From Spirochaetia bacterium (GTDB lineage: Bacteria; Spirochaetota; Spirochaetia; CAKZLE01): DNA of 64,000 nucleotides. Below the pieces are notes generated by a model. It saw only the letters and a list, made by a program, of their open reading frames with translations. It had not been told where the DNA came from and ran no database searches. Position numbers and translations under genes: made by a program. Where the stretch lies: the NCBI GenBank assembly GCA_963677595.1, contig OY782041.1, positions 960,001 to 1,024,000 of the forward strand. The letters are read 5' to 3'. Below are positions 8,969-19,014 of the stretch, one piece after another (the first letter of the stretch is position 1; each line of letters begins with the position of its first letter).

Positions 8969-9520
8969 CTACCCCCACACCATCTCCCCGGTATCTATCC
9001 GGTAGAAGCAGCTGGTGATCATGAGGTCCGTGACCTGTCCGAGAATGGTTGACCGTTCTATGATTGCCCGTGCAACATCCTTGGTATGGGCTATGGTCAC
9101 CGCATCGATGGACATGTGGTCCCTGACTACCGGCTGTATGGCCTTGATGAGGCTGGTAAGGTGCACCGAGTCCGTGGGGGAGTCTTCCACCGCCGCGGTG
9201 ATCGCCCCGCAGGAGGAGTGGCCCTTTACCACGATGAGGCGTACGCCCAGGGTCGTGACGGCATACTCGATGCTGGCAAGGTCATAGTCGCTGACGACAT
9301 TCCCCGCAGTCCGTATGACGAAGAGTTCCCCGAACCCTGCATCGAAGAGCAGCTCCGGGGGTATCCTGGAATCGGAGCAGGAGACGATGACCGCGAAGGG
9401 CTTCTGCCCGCCAGCCGTGAGCCGTGCCTGCCCGACAGACCTCTTTGCTGTCTCGCGGGTATCGCCGAAGAACCTGCTGTGGCCATCTTTCAATCTCTGA
9501 AGGGCTTGTCTTGCATCCAT
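8969..9520 (-). CDS. Beta-class carbonic anhydrase
   Basis: CSDSR, RTAGN, GHSSCG; RBS-supported ATG at 9520. Confidence 0.92.
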   Translation of the reverse strand: MDARQALQRLKDGHSRFFGDTRETAKRSVGQARLTAGGQKPFAVIVSCSDSRIPPELLFDAGFGELFVIRTAGNVVSDYDLASIEYAVTTLGVRLIVVKGHSSCGAITAAVEDSPTDSVHLTSLIKAIQPVVRDHMSIDAVTIAHTKDVARAIIERSTILGQVTDLMITSCFYRIDTGEMVWG

Positions 9521-9592
9521 GAACGGTACTCCTGCTTTTCTACTATTCCTGACATATTGCACTCTTTTTGTCAAGATAAACAAGCGTTCGTG

Positions 9593-10921
9593 TCAATAGG
9601 ACGGGAGGGCCAGCGGCTGCTCCTTAGCCCTGGGGATGAGGATCTGGAAGACGGTGATCCCCTCGCTCTCGATCGACTGGACCTCGATCTCCCAGCCGTG
9701 GGACTCGACGATCGACTTCACCGATGCGAGGCCGAGGCCGAAGCCCTCGCCCCTGCGTGAGGAGTCACCGCGGTAGAACGGCTCGAACATATGGCGGATC
9801 ACATCCCGGCTGATCGGGTTCTCATGCCGGTTGATGAAGGCGATCCTGATATACTCCCCCTTGTACTGGCAGAGCATCCGTACCGGCTTGTCCTTGATCC
9901 CGTAGCGGTAGCTGTTCTGCATGAGGTTCTCCATGGCACGGGTGAGCAGGTCCGTATCGAAGGATACGACCGTGTTACGCTCGATGTCTATCTCATAGAT
10001 GAACTGGTAACCGAGCAGGGCAGCCTCATCTGCCTGGAGGTTGGCGAAGTCCTCTAAGAAGGGACAGAGCATCTGGTAGGAGAGGTTGGACTGGAAGTCA
10101 TTGTTCGTGAGCTTGATGTACTGGATCAGCTGGGCTATCCGCTTATCGAGGAGAGCACCCTTCTTGTTGATGATCTGCAGGTACTTGTCCCTCGTCTCCT
10201 TATCCTCGGCAAGGCCGTCGAGGAGCGCCTGGGAGTAGCCCGTGATCGAGGCAAGGGGTGTCTTGAGGTCATGGGAGACCCCGGTGAAGAACCGGGTCCT
10301 CCGGTCATACTCCTCCTTCACCTTCTTCCGCATGGAATTGATCGAGTCGGCAAGCTCGATGAAGGTGTCATCGTCGTAGAGGAGTATCGGGGTATCAAGG
10401 TCCCCGTCCGCCATCCGTTTCGTTCCCTCCTCGAGCTTCTCGAGGGACTTCGAGATCGACCGTATGGTCATAAAGGAGATGATGATGATGAACACCAGGA
10501 TAGATACCATGGCGATGAAGTTGAAGTAGCCCCGGTAGGGCATGGTGAACCCAGACCCGAGGAGCACAGAGTAGTAGTTCCCGTCATCGAACCTGAGCCG
10601 CTTCGTCGTGACGAGCTGCTGGGAAGTCGCATCGGTGAGCGTCTTGAACCCTGAGAACCCCTCGTTCCGGTAGACGACGTTCTTCTCATCATCGAGGATG
10701 ATGAGGAAGAACGGCTCGGGGAACTCAGTACTCAGCTGCTTCACCCGTTCCAGGGATACCCCGTCCTCGAGCTCGTTGAAGAAGTGGCCGGTCTTCCACT
10801 CAGCCGCCTTGATGATGGAACCAAGATCCGGAGCTATCAGGAGCATCGTGAGAAAGGTGACTGCGATCGGGACGATGAGCGTCCCGATGATGATCCCGAG
10901 GAACCGGTTCTTCAGCTTCAT
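9593..10921 (-). CDS. HAMP-domain sensor histidine kinase
   Basis: 2 TM, HAMP, SHDLKTPL H-box, GFGLGL G2 box. Confidence 0.93.
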   Translation of the reverse strand: MKLKNRFLGIIIGTLIVPIAVTFLTMLLIAPDLGSIIKAAEWKTGHFFNELEDGVSLERVKQLSTEFPEPFFLIILDDEKNVVYRNEGFSGFKTLTDATSQQLVTTKRLRFDDGNYYSVLLGSGFTMPYRGYFNFIAMVSILVFIIIISFMTIRSISKSLEKLEEGTKRMADGDLDTPILLYDDDTFIELADSINSMRKKVKEEYDRRTRFFTGVSHDLKTPLASITGYSQALLDGLAEDKETRDKYLQIINKKGALLDKRIAQLIQYIKLTNNDFQSNLSYQMLCPFLEDFANLQADEAALLGYQFIYEIDIERNTVVSFDTDLLTRAMENLMQNSYRYGIKDKPVRMLCQYKGEYIRIAFINRHENPISRDVIRHMFEPFYRGDSSRRGEGFGLGLASVKSIVESHGWEIEVQSIESEGITVFQILIPRAKEQPLALPSY

Positions 10922-11610
10922 GCTGTCTTTTCCCTGTCGAAGAGATACCCCTTCCCATGGATGGTCTTGATGTACTGCGGGTTATGGTAGTCATCCTCTA
11001 TTTTCTTTCGGATCCGCTGGATGTAGACAGAGACCGCCGAGACGTCGCCGAACTCCTGCCCCCAGATCTCCTCATAGATCTCCTGCAGGCTGAAGACGGT
11101 CCCGGCATGCTCAACGAGGAAGCGCAGGATCTCGAACTCGCGCACCGCGATGGGTACGATCTCCCCGTCCCGCTTGATATTATACCCGTCATAATCTAGC
11201 TCGAAGGGACCGAAGGAGAACTTCCGCTTCTCCTCACCGGAGAAGACCTTCGAACGGCGCAGGAGCGCACGGATCCGTGCGCTCAAGACCCGCGGGGCGA
11301 AGGGCTTTGTGACGAACTCATCGGCACCGATGCCGAGCCCCATGATCACGTCCTCGTCAGCCTCCCGGGCCGAGACAATGATCACCGGGACCGTGGAGTC
11401 CTTCCTGAACCGCTGGAGGAACTCGAACCCGTCCATCCCCGGCAGGTTAATATCGAGGACGATGAGGTCGAAGGAGGACTCCTCGATACAGGCGAGCCCC
11501 TTCTCGGCAGTACCCGCCCATACGGTATCGACTCCCTCGTTCCTCAGGTAGAGCTGGACCAGCTCTGCGATCTCCTGCTCGTCCTCTATGATCAGCACAT
11601 TCGCTTTCAT
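10918..11610 (-). CDS. OmpR/PhoB-family response regulator
   Basis: REC (EDE, LDINLP, KPF) + wHTH; overlaps the kinase start. Confidence 0.95.
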   Translation of the reverse strand: MKANVLIIEDEQEIAELVQLYLRNEGVDTVWAGTAEKGLACIEESSFDLIVLDINLPGMDGFEFLQRFRKDSTVPVIIVSAREADEDVIMGLGIGADEFVTKPFAPRVLSARIRALLRRSKVFSGEEKRKFSFGPFELDYDGYNIKRDGEIVPIAVREFEILRFLVEHAGTVFSLQEIYEEIWGQEFGDVSAVSVYIQRIRKKIEDDYHNPQYIKTIHGKGYLFDREKTA

Positions 11611-11612
11611 GG

Positions 11613-13073
11613 CTAGAAACTCGTACCCCCGAGCGAGAAGGTCAGGGAAGTCGAGAGGGTGCTGCCGTCGGAGAGCCCAAGACTGGAAGTCAGCGGATTG
11701 GCCGAGTACTCCGGCGTGAACTGGTCGCCCAGGTCCCCGTAGGTCATCGTCGCACCGAGGGAAGCCGAGATGTAGTCGGCGATGCCCCAGTTGATGCTTG
11801 GCCGCAGCATCCCGGACATGTCATCGAGGTTGCTGTACCAGAAGAGGCTCGTGGACACTGAATCGGTCAGCGTGAGGGAAGCCGTTGCCGCCCCGTAGTT
11901 GAACCCGGAGGTAGTGAAGGAGTTCGCGAAGAGGTCATCCCCGTTGTAGCCTTCACCGTTGAAGTAGTACTGGGCCATGAGGGATACCCCGAAGTCACTC
12001 TCATCGGCAGACCAGGAGTACAGGCCTCCCACCGTACCAGAGAGGTAGAGCTTGTCCTCGAACTCATGGAAGCCAGGCACGAACCCGTCAAGGGTTGATA
12101 TACTGTTGGTCGACCCGTAGGAAGCCAGGCCCTCAGCGAAGAACATGATGTCCTTGAAGAGCGTCGTGGAAAGTGTCGCCATAGCCTTCGGAGGCTCGTC
12201 GTACTGGTAATATGCTCCAAGACCAACCTCGGCCCCACCGAGGACCTTCTCGTACTTCAGCGCATAGGCCAGGTCCTCGATCTCACTCGCACCATCAGGC
12301 AGGATCACATAGCCGTAGAGATTGTCGATCCCGATCGGTGCATTCATCTTGATCGACAGCGGCCCCTCGAGCTCGGCAGTCGGGTTCTCCGGATCAACCT
12401 GCGAGATGTTCAGCAAGTTGGCAGGTGAGAAGAAGTACCCCACCCCCCAGTTGAGTGCCTGCTTCCCCACTCGGAAGAAGACCCGGTCATTGATGTTGAA
12501 GTCGCTGAAGAGCTCCTTGATGCTGATGATGTCGCTTCCCTGCCTTCCTTCAGCAATCGCATAAGGAAGCTCATCCGGTGTCAGGACATCACTTACATAC
12601 AGGGGATTCTCTACAAGGTATGAACCGCTCTCCGTGAACGGATACGATATATCAGCCTTCCCATAGACCCTGATCGATGCATCGGGACGTGCATCGAAGA
12701 AGAGGGTCGAGGAGAGGCTGGAGCCTCCCAGGCTCCAGTCAGAACTCTCATCATCGAAGTTGTAGGTGAAGGTTGGGGCCACTGCCATGGAGAAGCTCCC
12801 ACCGATGGTGACGCCTTCCTCGTTGACGAGCAGCAGCTCGTTGAGGTTGAGGTCGGTCTCCTGCACGTCGGTGACCAGTGAGTCACTTGCGGTGTCCGTC
12901 TCTTCTCCGAAGAGGTCATCCATGCTTCCTGAATCATCCCCGAAGAGGGAATCGAGATCATCCGATGACTCCTCCCCGAAGAGGGAGTCCAGGTCATCGG
13001 CAGCGGTGGCCACCGCTGCCGGGATCAGGAGGATGAGGAGGATGATCAGTAGGTTCTTTCCTAAGGTTCTCAT
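11613..13073 (-). CDS. Secreted putative outer-membrane (beta-barrel-like) protein with acidic DxLFG repeats
   Basis: Signal peptide; DDLDSLFG x2 plus DDLFG; GKQ..WG.G.F.P motif; terminal Phe. Confidence 0.7.
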   Translation of the reverse strand: MRTLGKNLLIILLILLIPAAVATAADDLDSLFGEESSDDLDSLFGDDSGSMDDLFGEETDTASDSLVTDVQETDLNLNELLLVNEEGVTIGGSFSMAVAPTFTYNFDDESSDWSLGGSSLSSTLFFDARPDASIRVYGKADISYPFTESGSYLVENPLYVSDVLTPDELPYAIAEGRQGSDIISIKELFSDFNINDRVFFRVGKQALNWGVGYFFSPANLLNISQVDPENPTAELEGPLSIKMNAPIGIDNLYGYVILPDGASEIEDLAYALKYEKVLGGAEVGLGAYYQYDEPPKAMATLSTTLFKDIMFFAEGLASYGSTNSISTLDGFVPGFHEFEDKLYLSGTVGGLYSWSADESDFGVSLMAQYYFNGEGYNGDDLFANSFTTSGFNYGAATASLTLTDSVSTSLFWYSNLDDMSGMLRPSINWGIADYISASLGATMTYGDLGDQFTPEYSANPLTSSLGLSDGSTLSTSLTFSLGGTSF

Positions 13074-13093
13074 GCTTTTTCTCCTCCTCTATG

Positions 13094-13852
13094 CTAGTTG
13101 TTCACTCGTTCGACGTAGGACTTGGTGAAGATCGTATCAGGCACATCCTTGGTGGAGATGTCGCTGATGGTGATCGTCGTCTTCTTGCCCGCGATGAGCT
13201 CATCGACGAAGATCATCTTCGTCGGTATGAAGTTGGTCCCGGCCTTGGCGTAGGAGGGGTAGTAGCTCGTCCTCATGAGGCGGTCGCCGGCGCTGTAGTC
13301 CTCGGTCTTGAGGACGAGCGACCCGTTCTGAGTGACCCAGAGCTTCTGCGTCGGGTAGGTCACCTCGTCGTTGTTCGCCTCGATCACCATGATGTAGACC
13401 TCGTACTTGCCGAGCTTGCCCTCCTCGATCGAAGTCACCTCGTAGTCAGCTGCGACGGAGGACTCGTTGAAGTCCGAGTTGTTGGCATCGGAACCGTTGA
13501 ACTGCTCCTTCATCGAGGTGTGGGAGAACTTCCTGCTCTCCGGGTCGTAGAACCAGAGGTTATCCTCGATCATCAGGTAGCCCTGCCCCTTCTGGGCCAG
13601 GGGCTCCTGGATGAGCATGAGGAACTTGTCGTTGTCGTCGTCACGGAACTGCTGTACCGTGGTCTTCTCGATCCCGTCCTCGGGATCCTCCGAGATGAAG
13701 GACATGAGGGCTGAGAAATCGGTACCGGAGAAGTTCCCCATGTTGTCAATCTCCTCGAGGATCCGCTGCCCGTCTGCAAGGGTCACCGCTGAGAGGGAGG
13801 CTGCTGCCATGATGAGGAGCATGGCCGAAAGTATCAGTAGCTTCTTTTTCAT
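13094..13852 (-). CDS. Outer membrane lipoprotein-sorting (LolA-like) protein
   Basis: Signal peptide; P...KGQGYL...NLWFY.P, GSD..NSD, F..SYVER pattern. Confidence 0.85.
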   Translation of the reverse strand: MKKKLLILSAMLLIMAAASLSAVTLADGQRILEEIDNMGNFSGTDFSALMSFISEDPEDGIEKTTVQQFRDDDNDKFLMLIQEPLAQKGQGYLMIEDNLWFYDPESRKFSHTSMKEQFNGSDANNSDFNESSVAADYEVTSIEEGKLGKYEVYIMVIEANNDEVTYPTQKLWVTQNGSLVLKTEDYSAGDRLMRTSYYPSYAKAGTNFIPTKMIFVDELIAGKKTTITISDISTKDVPDTIFTKSYVERVNN

Positions 13853-13874
13853 TCTTCTATTCCTTATTTGCCTG

Positions 13875-15179
13875 TTACGCCCTCAGGGCGTCAGCAGGAT
13901 TCATCTTCGCAGCCTTCCTGGCTGAAGAACTAACCGAGAACAGGGTGATCACCGTGATGATCACCGTGACCAGCAGGATCATGGTCCCGACGATATGGAG
14001 CCCGAGGTACCCCCCGTTGAGGAGGAAGGCAAACCGGTTTGCCACCCCGAAGTTGATCAGGTTCACGATGAGGATGATCGCCACTTCAAGGATGATACCG
14101 ATGAAGGCTCCCCGTAAGGCAAGGATCACAGCCTCGAGCAGGAAGAGGCGCTTCACGTCCTTCTGCTTCATGCCGACGGCCCGCATGGTCCCGATCTCCT
14201 TGACCCGTTCGATCATGATCATCCGGAAGGTGTTCATGATGCCGACCATGGTAATCAGGAGGATCACGAGGAAGACTCCCATGGCGATCCCGTTGAGGAT
14301 GCTCACGATCTGGGTGACCGCGTCCATGAAGTCATTCAGTGTCGTTATATCGAAGCGGGTACCCTCCCAGGGCTCCTCATCCCCCTGCTCGAACATCGCC
14401 ATAGGGTTCATAGAGGCCTCGAGCGTCTCCTTCGGCTTCACCGGGGACCCGATGGCCTCGATCTCGGTCCTGATCTGATCCGAGATGGTGTTGATCATCG
14501 TCACGTCCTTCAGGATGAGGTTGAGTGACTGGTACTCAGTCGGGCCGATCCCCACCAGTTCGTTCACGTAGTCGATGTTGGCATAGGTCGAGGTGAACCC
14601 GAAGCCCGTTGTGTCCTTGGTGAGGGCAACGACGGTGAACTCACCGACATTGGCCTGCCCGGTGACGGTCTCGAGGCTGATGAGGACCTCCTCACCGACC
14701 ACGACGCCGAGTTTGGCTGCCATATCCTCCGGGAGGACGAGCGCCTTACGCTCACTCACCCGGTCGAGCGATCCTTCGGTCACGACCAGGGAGTCGACGA
14801 GTTCCGACTCATGTGACCAGTCAATACCGTAGATGACCCCGCTCTCCGAGGCGGAGCGGAAGATCATGGTCCCCCCAAGGGTGGACCGCTTCTGGTAGTC
14901 CGCTATATAGGGTTCGAACTGGGTCAGGACCGTCTCGAGGACATCGGTATCTGTGATCTTATGTACCGACTTGCCGCTCTCCAGCAGCTCCTCTCCGCTG
15001 ATGTATATATGCCCACCAAGGACGGAGGAGAAGTTCTTCTCCGTGTTGGTGATGAGCCCGGAGGTGAGCGAGTTCACCAGCAGGATGATCATCACGCCGA
15101 ATGCGATGGCAGCTGCCAGCAGGTTGCTTCTCCGTTTATGCCTTGATACATTCCTGTATGCTATTTTCAGTATATTCAT
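13875..15179 (-). CDS. FtsX/LolE-like ABC permease
   Basis: KIAYRN, ERVKEIGTMRAVG, 4 TM. Confidence 0.92.
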   Translation of the reverse strand: MNILKIAYRNVSRHKRRSNLLAAAIAFGVMIILLVNSLTSGLITNTEKNFSSVLGGHIYISGEELLESGKSVHKITDTDVLETVLTQFEPYIADYQKRSTLGGTMIFRSASESGVIYGIDWSHESELVDSLVVTEGSLDRVSERKALVLPEDMAAKLGVVVGEEVLISLETVTGQANVGEFTVVALTKDTTGFGFTSTYANIDYVNELVGIGPTEYQSLNLILKDVTMINTISDQIRTEIEAIGSPVKPKETLEASMNPMAMFEQGDEEPWEGTRFDITTLNDFMDAVTQIVSILNGIAMGVFLVILLITMVGIMNTFRMIMIERVKEIGTMRAVGMKQKDVKRLFLLEAVILALRGAFIGIILEVAIILIVNLINFGVANRFAFLLNGGYLGLHIVGTMILLVTVIITVITLFSVSSSARKAAKMNPADALRA

Positions 15180-15194
15180 TTCGCTCTTGCTCCC

Positions 15195-16700
15195 CTAACC
15201 GTTCTTGTTCATTGCCTCGAGAGGCGAGATCTTCAGGGCTACCGATACCGGGTAGAGACTGGAGATGACCCCCACGAGTGAGATCATGACCATCGAGAGG
15301 ATGATAGCGCTTCCTGAGATAGCCGGCCTGAAGATCTCCCCGCCAAGGAGGATCTGCAGGAACTGGTTCGTCGCCTCGATCCCGATCGCCCCCATGATGA
15401 GGAGGACGATGACCCCGAGGGCCACCCCGACCAGGCCGAAGAGGATCGTGATGATCAGTGTCTCGATCGAGATCATGGAGCGGACGAAGCTCTTCTTCGC
15501 CCCGATCGCCCGCATGGTACCGATCTCGCCGTAGCGCTCCGATACCGAGATCACGAGGGTGTTCATGATGACGATCACCGCCACGATGGCGATGATGAAG
15601 AGCAGGACGTTGAAGACCACACTCATGGAGTCGGCCATCCTGGCCGACATCCCCGCACCCTTGATCCACTCATAGGCGGTGGCATCGATGCCGTTCTCCT
15701 CGAAGTAGGTGTTGAGGTCCTTCAGCACCCGGTTCGTCTGGTTGTTGTTCTCGAGCTTGACGAGCAGGTAGTTCCAGGCGTTCGGGTCGGTCTCGTTCAC
15801 ATAAGCCCTGCCTGAGGTGTCTCCGAGGATCCCGAGCCAGTCCTCCTCCGTGGTAGCCGCCGTATCGTCTGTCACGAGGGCGTCAGTGACCAGGTCATCG
15901 CCGAAGAGGGAGTCCATATCGCTGGAACCGAAGAGGTCGTCCTCTGCGAGGGTCCCGAGGGAGGACTGCTCCTCTGCAGAGAGGTTCAGGTCCTCGGCGG
16001 TGTTGAGGACCATCCCATTGAGGGTCCGTAAGTTCCCCTCATCGATGAAGCAGATGAAGGAGAGGTCGAAGGAGGCATCCCCGTAGTCGTGGATACCCCG
16101 TACGGTCACCTCACGGATCTTCGTCCCCGTGGTGGAGTTGAGCATGGTCAGCACGATCCGGTCACCGGGTTCGATCTCATCGTCCGCAGACTCGTTGAGC
16201 ATGTCAGCCACGGTGGTGGAGAGGACGATGCCCTCTTCCCCGGGGCTGAGGAACTCACCCCCGGTGATGTTCACCCCGGTGGGGAACATCTGCTGGTAGG
16301 ATTCGCTGTCGACCCCGAAGAGGAGCATGAACCCTTCGCCGAGCTCGCCCCACTTGGCCGAGGCTACGCCGTTGATCTGCCCGGTAGTCGAGACGACCTG
16401 GGGCAGGGACTCCACATACGCTCTCACCGACTGGAAGTCGGGGACCGTCTTCGGCTTCGACTCGAAGAGCTCGTTCGACATGATCAGGGAGACTTCCTCG
16501 AGCTGCGAGGAGGCGATGAAGATATCGCCGGTGTAGTTCTCCACATAGTTCTCTTTGATACCCTTCTTGACGGTATCCATGAAGCTGTTGCCGACCACGA
16601 GGATGGCGATACCCAGGGTGATGAGTATCCCGATGATCAGCGTCTTCGTCTTGTGTTCCTTCAGGTTCCTGAAGGCGATCTTGAACAGTACGCCGTTCAT
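15195..16700 (-). CDS. FtsX/LolC-like ABC permease with acidic periplasmic insertion
   Basis: KIAFRN, ERYGEIGTMRAIG; EDDLFGSSDMDSLFGDD loop. Confidence 0.92.
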   Translation of the reverse strand: MNGVLFKIAFRNLKEHKTKTLIIGILITLGIAILVVGNSFMDTVKKGIKENYVENYTGDIFIASSQLEEVSLIMSNELFESKPKTVPDFQSVRAYVESLPQVVSTTGQINGVASAKWGELGEGFMLLFGVDSESYQQMFPTGVNITGGEFLSPGEEGIVLSTTVADMLNESADDEIEPGDRIVLTMLNSTTGTKIREVTVRGIHDYGDASFDLSFICFIDEGNLRTLNGMVLNTAEDLNLSAEEQSSLGTLAEDDLFGSSDMDSLFGDDLVTDALVTDDTAATTEEDWLGILGDTSGRAYVNETDPNAWNYLLVKLENNNQTNRVLKDLNTYFEENGIDATAYEWIKGAGMSARMADSMSVVFNVLLFIIAIVAVIVIMNTLVISVSERYGEIGTMRAIGAKKSFVRSMISIETLIITILFGLVGVALGVIVLLIMGAIGIEATNQFLQILLGGEIFRPAISGSAIILSMVMISLVGVISSLYPVSVALKISPLEAMNKNG

Positions 16701-16703
16701 CCG

Positions 16704-17420
16704 CTACTCCTTCTCCTTCCTGACGTTCTTCACCACGACCCCGTCCCTGAGGCGGATGACGTGGTCAGCGATATCGACGATCGTCTGGTCATGGGTGGAG
16801 AAGATGAACGTGGTGCCCACGTCATTGTTCATCTTCTTCATCAGCTCGATGATCGCCTCGCCGGTCGTCGAGTCAAGGTTGGCAGTCGGTTCGTCCGCGA
16901 GGACGATGTCCGGTTTTGTCACGAGCGCACGGGCAATCGCGACCCGCTGACGCTGCCCGCCGGAGAGCTCATTGGGCTTGTGGGTCCTCCACTGCTCAAG
17001 ACCGACCATCATGATGAGGTAGTCGATCCACTCCTTGCGCTCCTCCTTGCTCCACATGGTGCTCTTGTCGAGCAGCAGCGGGAACTCGATGTTCTCGTAG
17101 ATGTTGAGGACCGGGATCAGGTTGAAGCTCTGGAAGATGAACCCCAGCGTCTGGTGACGCAGCCGGGTGATGTCGTTGTCCTTCATCCCGCTGGTCACGG
17201 TGCCGTTGATCGCCACCGTGCCCTCGGTCGGGGTGTCGATGCACCCGATCATGTTGAGGATGGTTGATTTGCCCGACCCTGACGGCCCGGCTATGGAGAT
17301 GAAGTCCCCTTTCGTGATATCGAAAGAGACGCCCTTTACGGCGTGTACCTCGGTCTTTCCCAGCGGGTAGACCTTGTGTACATCCTTCAGTGATATGATC
17401 ACGTTATTGTTCTCTGCCAT
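16704..17420 (-). CDS. ABC transporter ATP-binding protein (LolD/MacB-type)
   Basis: GPSGSGKS, LSGGQRQR, ADEPT; RBS-supported ATG at 17420. Confidence 0.95.
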   Translation of the reverse strand: MAENNNVIISLKDVHKVYPLGKTEVHAVKGVSFDITKGDFISIAGPSGSGKSTILNMIGCIDTPTEGTVAINGTVTSGMKDNDITRLRHQTLGFIFQSFNLIPVLNIYENIEFPLLLDKSTMWSKEERKEWIDYLIMMVGLEQWRTHKPNELSGGQRQRVAIARALVTKPDIVLADEPTANLDSTTGEAIIELMKKMNNDVGTTFIFSTHDQTIVDIADHVIRLRDGVVVKNVRKEKE

Positions 17421-17638
17421 GTTTCTAGTCACTCCTAACTCATTCGCTTTTTATGTACTTGTACCTATACATACCAAGGTACATTACTACAATAGTCATA
17501 ACGCGGGAAGAAAGCCATTGTCAGAGCATGAATATTAGATAACAAATTGTTACGGAGCATGGATGCCCATGCTCCACACACTGTTTATGCTCGTGTTTGC
17601 TCTTTGATACTACACAGTACACCAGATACGCATGAATC

Positions 17639-17690
17639 CTATTTCGCAAAAATGGAAAATCCTTGTTTTTGCGAAATAGCGTAGTATACT
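17639..17690 (+). promoter_or_regulatory. 14-bp perfect inverted repeat overlapping the promoter of the first AAA ATPase; probably a leaderless transcript
   Basis: CTATTTCGCAAAAA-N13-TTTTTGCGAAATAG; TATACT at 17685-17690, ATG 6 nt later with no SD. Confidence 0.6.
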
Positions 17691-17696
17691 TAAGCT

Positions 17697-18890
17697 ATGA
17701 AACTGATAGAACGTACACAGTATATGAGCAGGCTCATCAACACCATCGGGACCCCTGATATCAAGGTCATCACCGGTGTGCGGCGCTGTGGGAAATCGAA
17801 GCTGCTGGAGGCCTTCATCGGGTATGTGGGGGACCATATCAGCGACGCACAGGTGATACATATAAACTTCAACCTGATAGAACATGAACACCTGATGGAA
17901 TACCATGCATTGTCAGACTTCATCAGGGAACAGTATGTACCAGGCAAACGGAACTTCGTATGCATAGATGAGATCCAGATGTGCCAGGGCTTCGAACGGG
18001 CTGTAAACGGGCTTCACGCTTCTGAACAGTATGAGATCTACCTCACAGGTTCCAATGCATTCCTGCTGAGCAGCGACTTGGCTACCCTATTCACCGGCAG
18101 GACGTTGGGCATAGAAGTATTCCCCTTCTCCTTAGGGGAGTTCATGCAGTACTACGCATTGACCGATCCATCTGAAGCCCTCGAGCGCTATATCACAGAA
18201 GGTGGGATGGCAGGCTCCTATCTGTATCAGACACCGCAGGACAGATACCGCTATATCGAGGAGGTGTTCAATACGCTCATCGTGAAGGACATCAAATTCC
18301 GGAACAACCTCAGGAACATGTCGCTGATGGATCGGTTGACTGATTTCCTCATGGACAACATTGGCAACCTCAGCTCATCGAGAAGTATCGCAGGAGCCCT
18401 GACTGCTGGGAGTTTCAAGACGAATGACCGGTCCATCGCCTCATACGTATTCTATCTCTGTCATGCTTTCATCTTCTACAAGCTCAGCCGATATGACATC
18501 CAGGGGAAGAAGTATCTTGCCACACAAGATAAGTACTACCTGGTCGACCACTCCTTCCGGTATGCAGTACTGGGAACAAGGAACATGAATTACGGGAGAA
18601 CCCTCGAGAATATCGTCGCAGTGGAACTGCTTCGAAGGGGGTATGAACTCTATGCAGGTGTGCTGTACAAGAAAGAGATAGACTTCGTCGCCGTGCGGCA
18701 GAGTGAGAAATGCTATATTCAGGTCTCTGATGATATAACGAACAACGATACCTTCAAGCGGGAGTATGAACCCCTGCTCAAGATCAATGATGCATATCCC
18801 AAGATGATCCTTGCCAGGACCCATCATGACAGCTATGACTATGAAGGGATCAGGATCTGGGACATCGGGCGATGGCTGATCTCGGGATGA
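17697..18890 (+). CDS. AAA_14 ATPase with DUF4143 / C-terminal PD-(D/E)xK-like domain
   Basis: GVRRCGKS, IDEIQ, TGSN, EN.V..EL, EIDF..IQV. Confidence 0.9.
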   Translation: MKLIERTQYMSRLINTIGTPDIKVITGVRRCGKSKLLEAFIGYVGDHISDAQVIHINFNLIEHEHLMEYHALSDFIREQYVPGKRNFVCIDEIQMCQGFERAVNGLHASEQYEIYLTGSNAFLLSSDLATLFTGRTLGIEVFPFSLGEFMQYYALTDPSEALERYITEGGMAGSYLYQTPQDRYRYIEEVFNTLIVKDIKFRNNLRNMSLMDRLTDFLMDNIGNLSSSRSIAGALTAGSFKTNDRSIASYVFYLCHAFIFYKLSRYDIQGKKYLATQDKYYLVDHSFRYAVLGTRNMNYGRTLENIVAVELLRRGYELYAGVLYKKEIDFVAVRQSEKCYIQVSDDITNNDTFKREYEPLLKINDAYPKMILARTHHDSYDYEGIRIWDIGRWLISG

Positions 18891-18938
18891 GCAGCTGAAG
18901 TGCAGCGGATTCTTCTACCGAAGAGATCTATCATCCTT

Positions 18939-18982
18939 TAGTTTATGCACCTGAATGCACAAACTACCCTTAGTTTGTGCAT
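18939..18982 (+). promoter_or_regulatory. Triple TAGTTTRTGCA site (operator-like) upstream of the second AAA ATPase
   Basis: 18939-18949 direct copy; ATGCACAAACTA-CCCT-TAGTTTGTGCAT perfect 12-bp IR at 18955-18982. Confidence 0.6.
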
Positions 18983-19014
18983 CATCGTAATAAATACTGC
19001 AAATGAAGTGACCC

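Noticed and set aside
16089-17267. Long antisense ORFs (also 45379-44456 region, 50525-51397, 48811-49704 and many others in the track)
   Set aside because: Shadow frames opposite well-supported genes, caused by high GC3 codon bias
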